This document shows positions 61,844 through 64,000 of a stretch of 64,000 nucleotides of DNA, in pieces. Below the pieces are notes generated by a model. The model was not told the DNA's origin. It was given only the letters and a program-made list of their open reading frames with translations, and did no database searches. Source of the DNA: Heteronotia binoei (lineage: Eukaryota). The stretch spans positions 46,438,001-46,502,000 of the forward strand of contig NC_083236.1 in the NCBI RefSeq assembly GCF_032191835.1. Direction: 5' to 3'. The position numbers and the translations under genes are program-made. Numbering within the stretch: position 1 is the stretch's first letter; each line of letters opens with the position of its first letter.

Positions 61844-64000
61844 TAATTCAAGCTCATTAGGGAGCGTCAAGTGAATGTGTCGATCCATAGGTTGGTTGGT
61901 TTTAAAACTTGTGTGACTCACTTTCTGCGCACTGCATGAAGGCAGTTTACAGCCGGAACTCTTGCATGGCCAAAGGTGTGAGCCTTGAGAGTGAGACGAA
62001 GGACAAAGAACCCTTAACCCATAGCTCACAGCTTGTGCCTTCGGAGGAGTCAGCTCAGAATCCAGGAGGGGAGCAAGGCACAATTTTGCTTTGAGTTTAG
62101 CGATGTTGCATTTCTTATTGGTGCAAGCTCCTCTGCGCCCATTTGAGGAGAAAAGCATAGTGCATATATTTAAATCAATAAATAACACTGTAAAAAGAAA
62201 TGCAGAATTTTTTTCCCCAAAAGTGCTAAATGTACTCAAAAACAACCAGTGGCACAATGGAAAGCAGAACAGTCACCTCTCTTTCATGTATTATTCCCTG
62301 AAGATAACACTTTATTCTCCTAATGATATAGCCCAAAATTGAATTTGCCTTTTTAGCCACCGCATAACATTGCTGACTCATGTTCAGCATATGGTCCTCT
62401 AAGACCCCTAGATCCTAATAGATATTGTTATTGACTGTTTCAGAGGTTAGCCAGATAGAACAGCTATATATATATATATATATAATCTTCCTTCCCACAG
62501 CAGACCCCCTGTGAGGTGGGTGGGGCTGAGAGAGCTCTCACAGAAGCTGGCCTGCCCTGTTGTTTTAATTGTAGACTATTAATTTATTGTTGGATTTTAA
62601 TTGTTTTTATTATGTTTGTAATCCCCCCTAAGCCCGTATGGGAAAGGGCAGAATATAAATCTGCCAAATAAAATAAAAAATAAAAATACCTATGGCTGAC
62701 CCAAGGTCATTCCAGCAGGTGCAAGTAGAGGAGTGGGGAATCAAACCTGGTTCTCCCAGATAAGAGTTTGCACACTTAACCACTACACCAAGCTGTAGCA
62801 ATTTAAGAGACCCACAAGATTTGCAGGGTATAAACTTTTGAGAGTCAAGGCTTCCCTTTGTTGGATGTTGTTGGATGTGTGTGTATTTACATTCATAGTG
62901 CATGGTTCACAAAAACCAGAAACAGGAAAAAACAAGAATGGATGTAGAAAGGGCACAAGGAAGGAAAAATAAGCAACAGTTCAATTCTAACTTCCAACTA
63001 AGGATGCCTAGAGAAAGTAGTGGAACACATTTTGAGTCCAGTGACATCTTTAAGACCAACAAAAGTTTTTTTCAAGGAATGAGCTTCAGTGTACAGGCAC
63101 ACTTTCTCTGATACTGGCTCTCACGACCCCTTTTGTTAACAGAAAAGCAAATCCCTTTCATTAAAAAATTATTATATCTGACTCTGGACTCAGAATTTGT
63201 TCTGCTGCTTCACACCGACATGGTTGCCTACCTGGAGAAAATACTATTATCAACATAATTTAGTAGGCATAAAATGCACCTTGACTTTCATTTGAGCAAA
63301 GATGAATGAATGCATTGAGAGTCGTTGCAGTCTGAGTAGCCAAATGCCTATGGGAAAGAGTTTAGTTTCTTTGTTGTGCATCAGCATGTCTCTCTTTCTG
63401 CTAGCATGCAGGAACCTGCACTCTTACAAAAAGGCAGAGCTTTTTAAAGATCTGGCCATTGACTGCTTTACATCTTGCCTTCTGTAGAGCTGCAACTCTC
63501 CCACCCTGGAAGAGCTTTCTGTTTAGAAATTAAATTGGATTCAGCCTTGCTGGCCTGACCTGAATAGCCCGGGCTAGCCCAATCTCATCCAATCTCAGAA
63601 GCTAAGCAGGGTCAGCCCTGGTCATTATTTGAATGGGAGAACACCAATGAAGTCCAGGGTTGCAATGCAGGGGCAGGCAATGGCAAACCCACCCTTGAAC
63701 ATCTCTTGTTTTGAAAACCCCACTGGGTTGCCATAAGTTGGCTGCAACTGGATAGCACTTTCCACTACCACAGCCTTGCTGGTCTTTTTATCCCACAGTC
63801 CTAAACGCAGGCGCAAAATCCTAGTAAGTGTGCTTTGGATGGCAGCCTTTTTTCCTGGTGATGGCTGGAAAGCTTGCTCGGACAATCTGTAAACATATAA
63901 CAGAGTTCAAAATTAGTTTCATTAGTTGATCTGCCCCATCTGGTCCAGTGCTGTTTTGTAGCCTCTAGGGAGGATGGCCAAGGGCACTGCTGATGTACTC

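Overview
Vertebrate genomic DNA with spliceosomal introns and dense repeats. The SINE and MITE families point to a squamate, probably a gecko (inference). The left two-thirds hold a tandem cluster of C-factor/CsgA-like (Sniffer-like) short-chain dehydrogenase/reductase genes. Three have intact six-exon reading frames (two on +, 2949-13551 and 15973-31460; one on -, 33243-43941), and there is an orphan frameshifted exon 2 of a fourth copy at 964-1014. The right end holds the CpG-rich promoter and the first nine coding exons (448 codons) of alanyl-tRNA synthetase AARS1, which continues beyond the window. Introns are filled with hAT-type MITEs, Squam3/Ther1-like and tRNA-derived SINEs, CR1 ends, two solo LTRs and Penelope-like remnants. 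The most unusual observations are: (i) two hammerhead-ribozyme-like folds, one on the sense strand of an SDR intron and one inside an inverted-duplicated Penelope-like insert with a 14-bp TSD; (ii) a composite hAT element of at least 3.3 kb sequenced (3.8 kb including a gap) with a perfect 8-bp TSD, carrying a 165-bp satellite built from two perfect palindromes whose central base alternates, a 67-bp array made from a LINE 3' end and a ~430-bp inverted repeat; (iii) a 99-bp duplicate of the start of SDR gene 3 that opens an in-phase alternative first exon. All coordinates were read by hand; no searches or folding programs were run.
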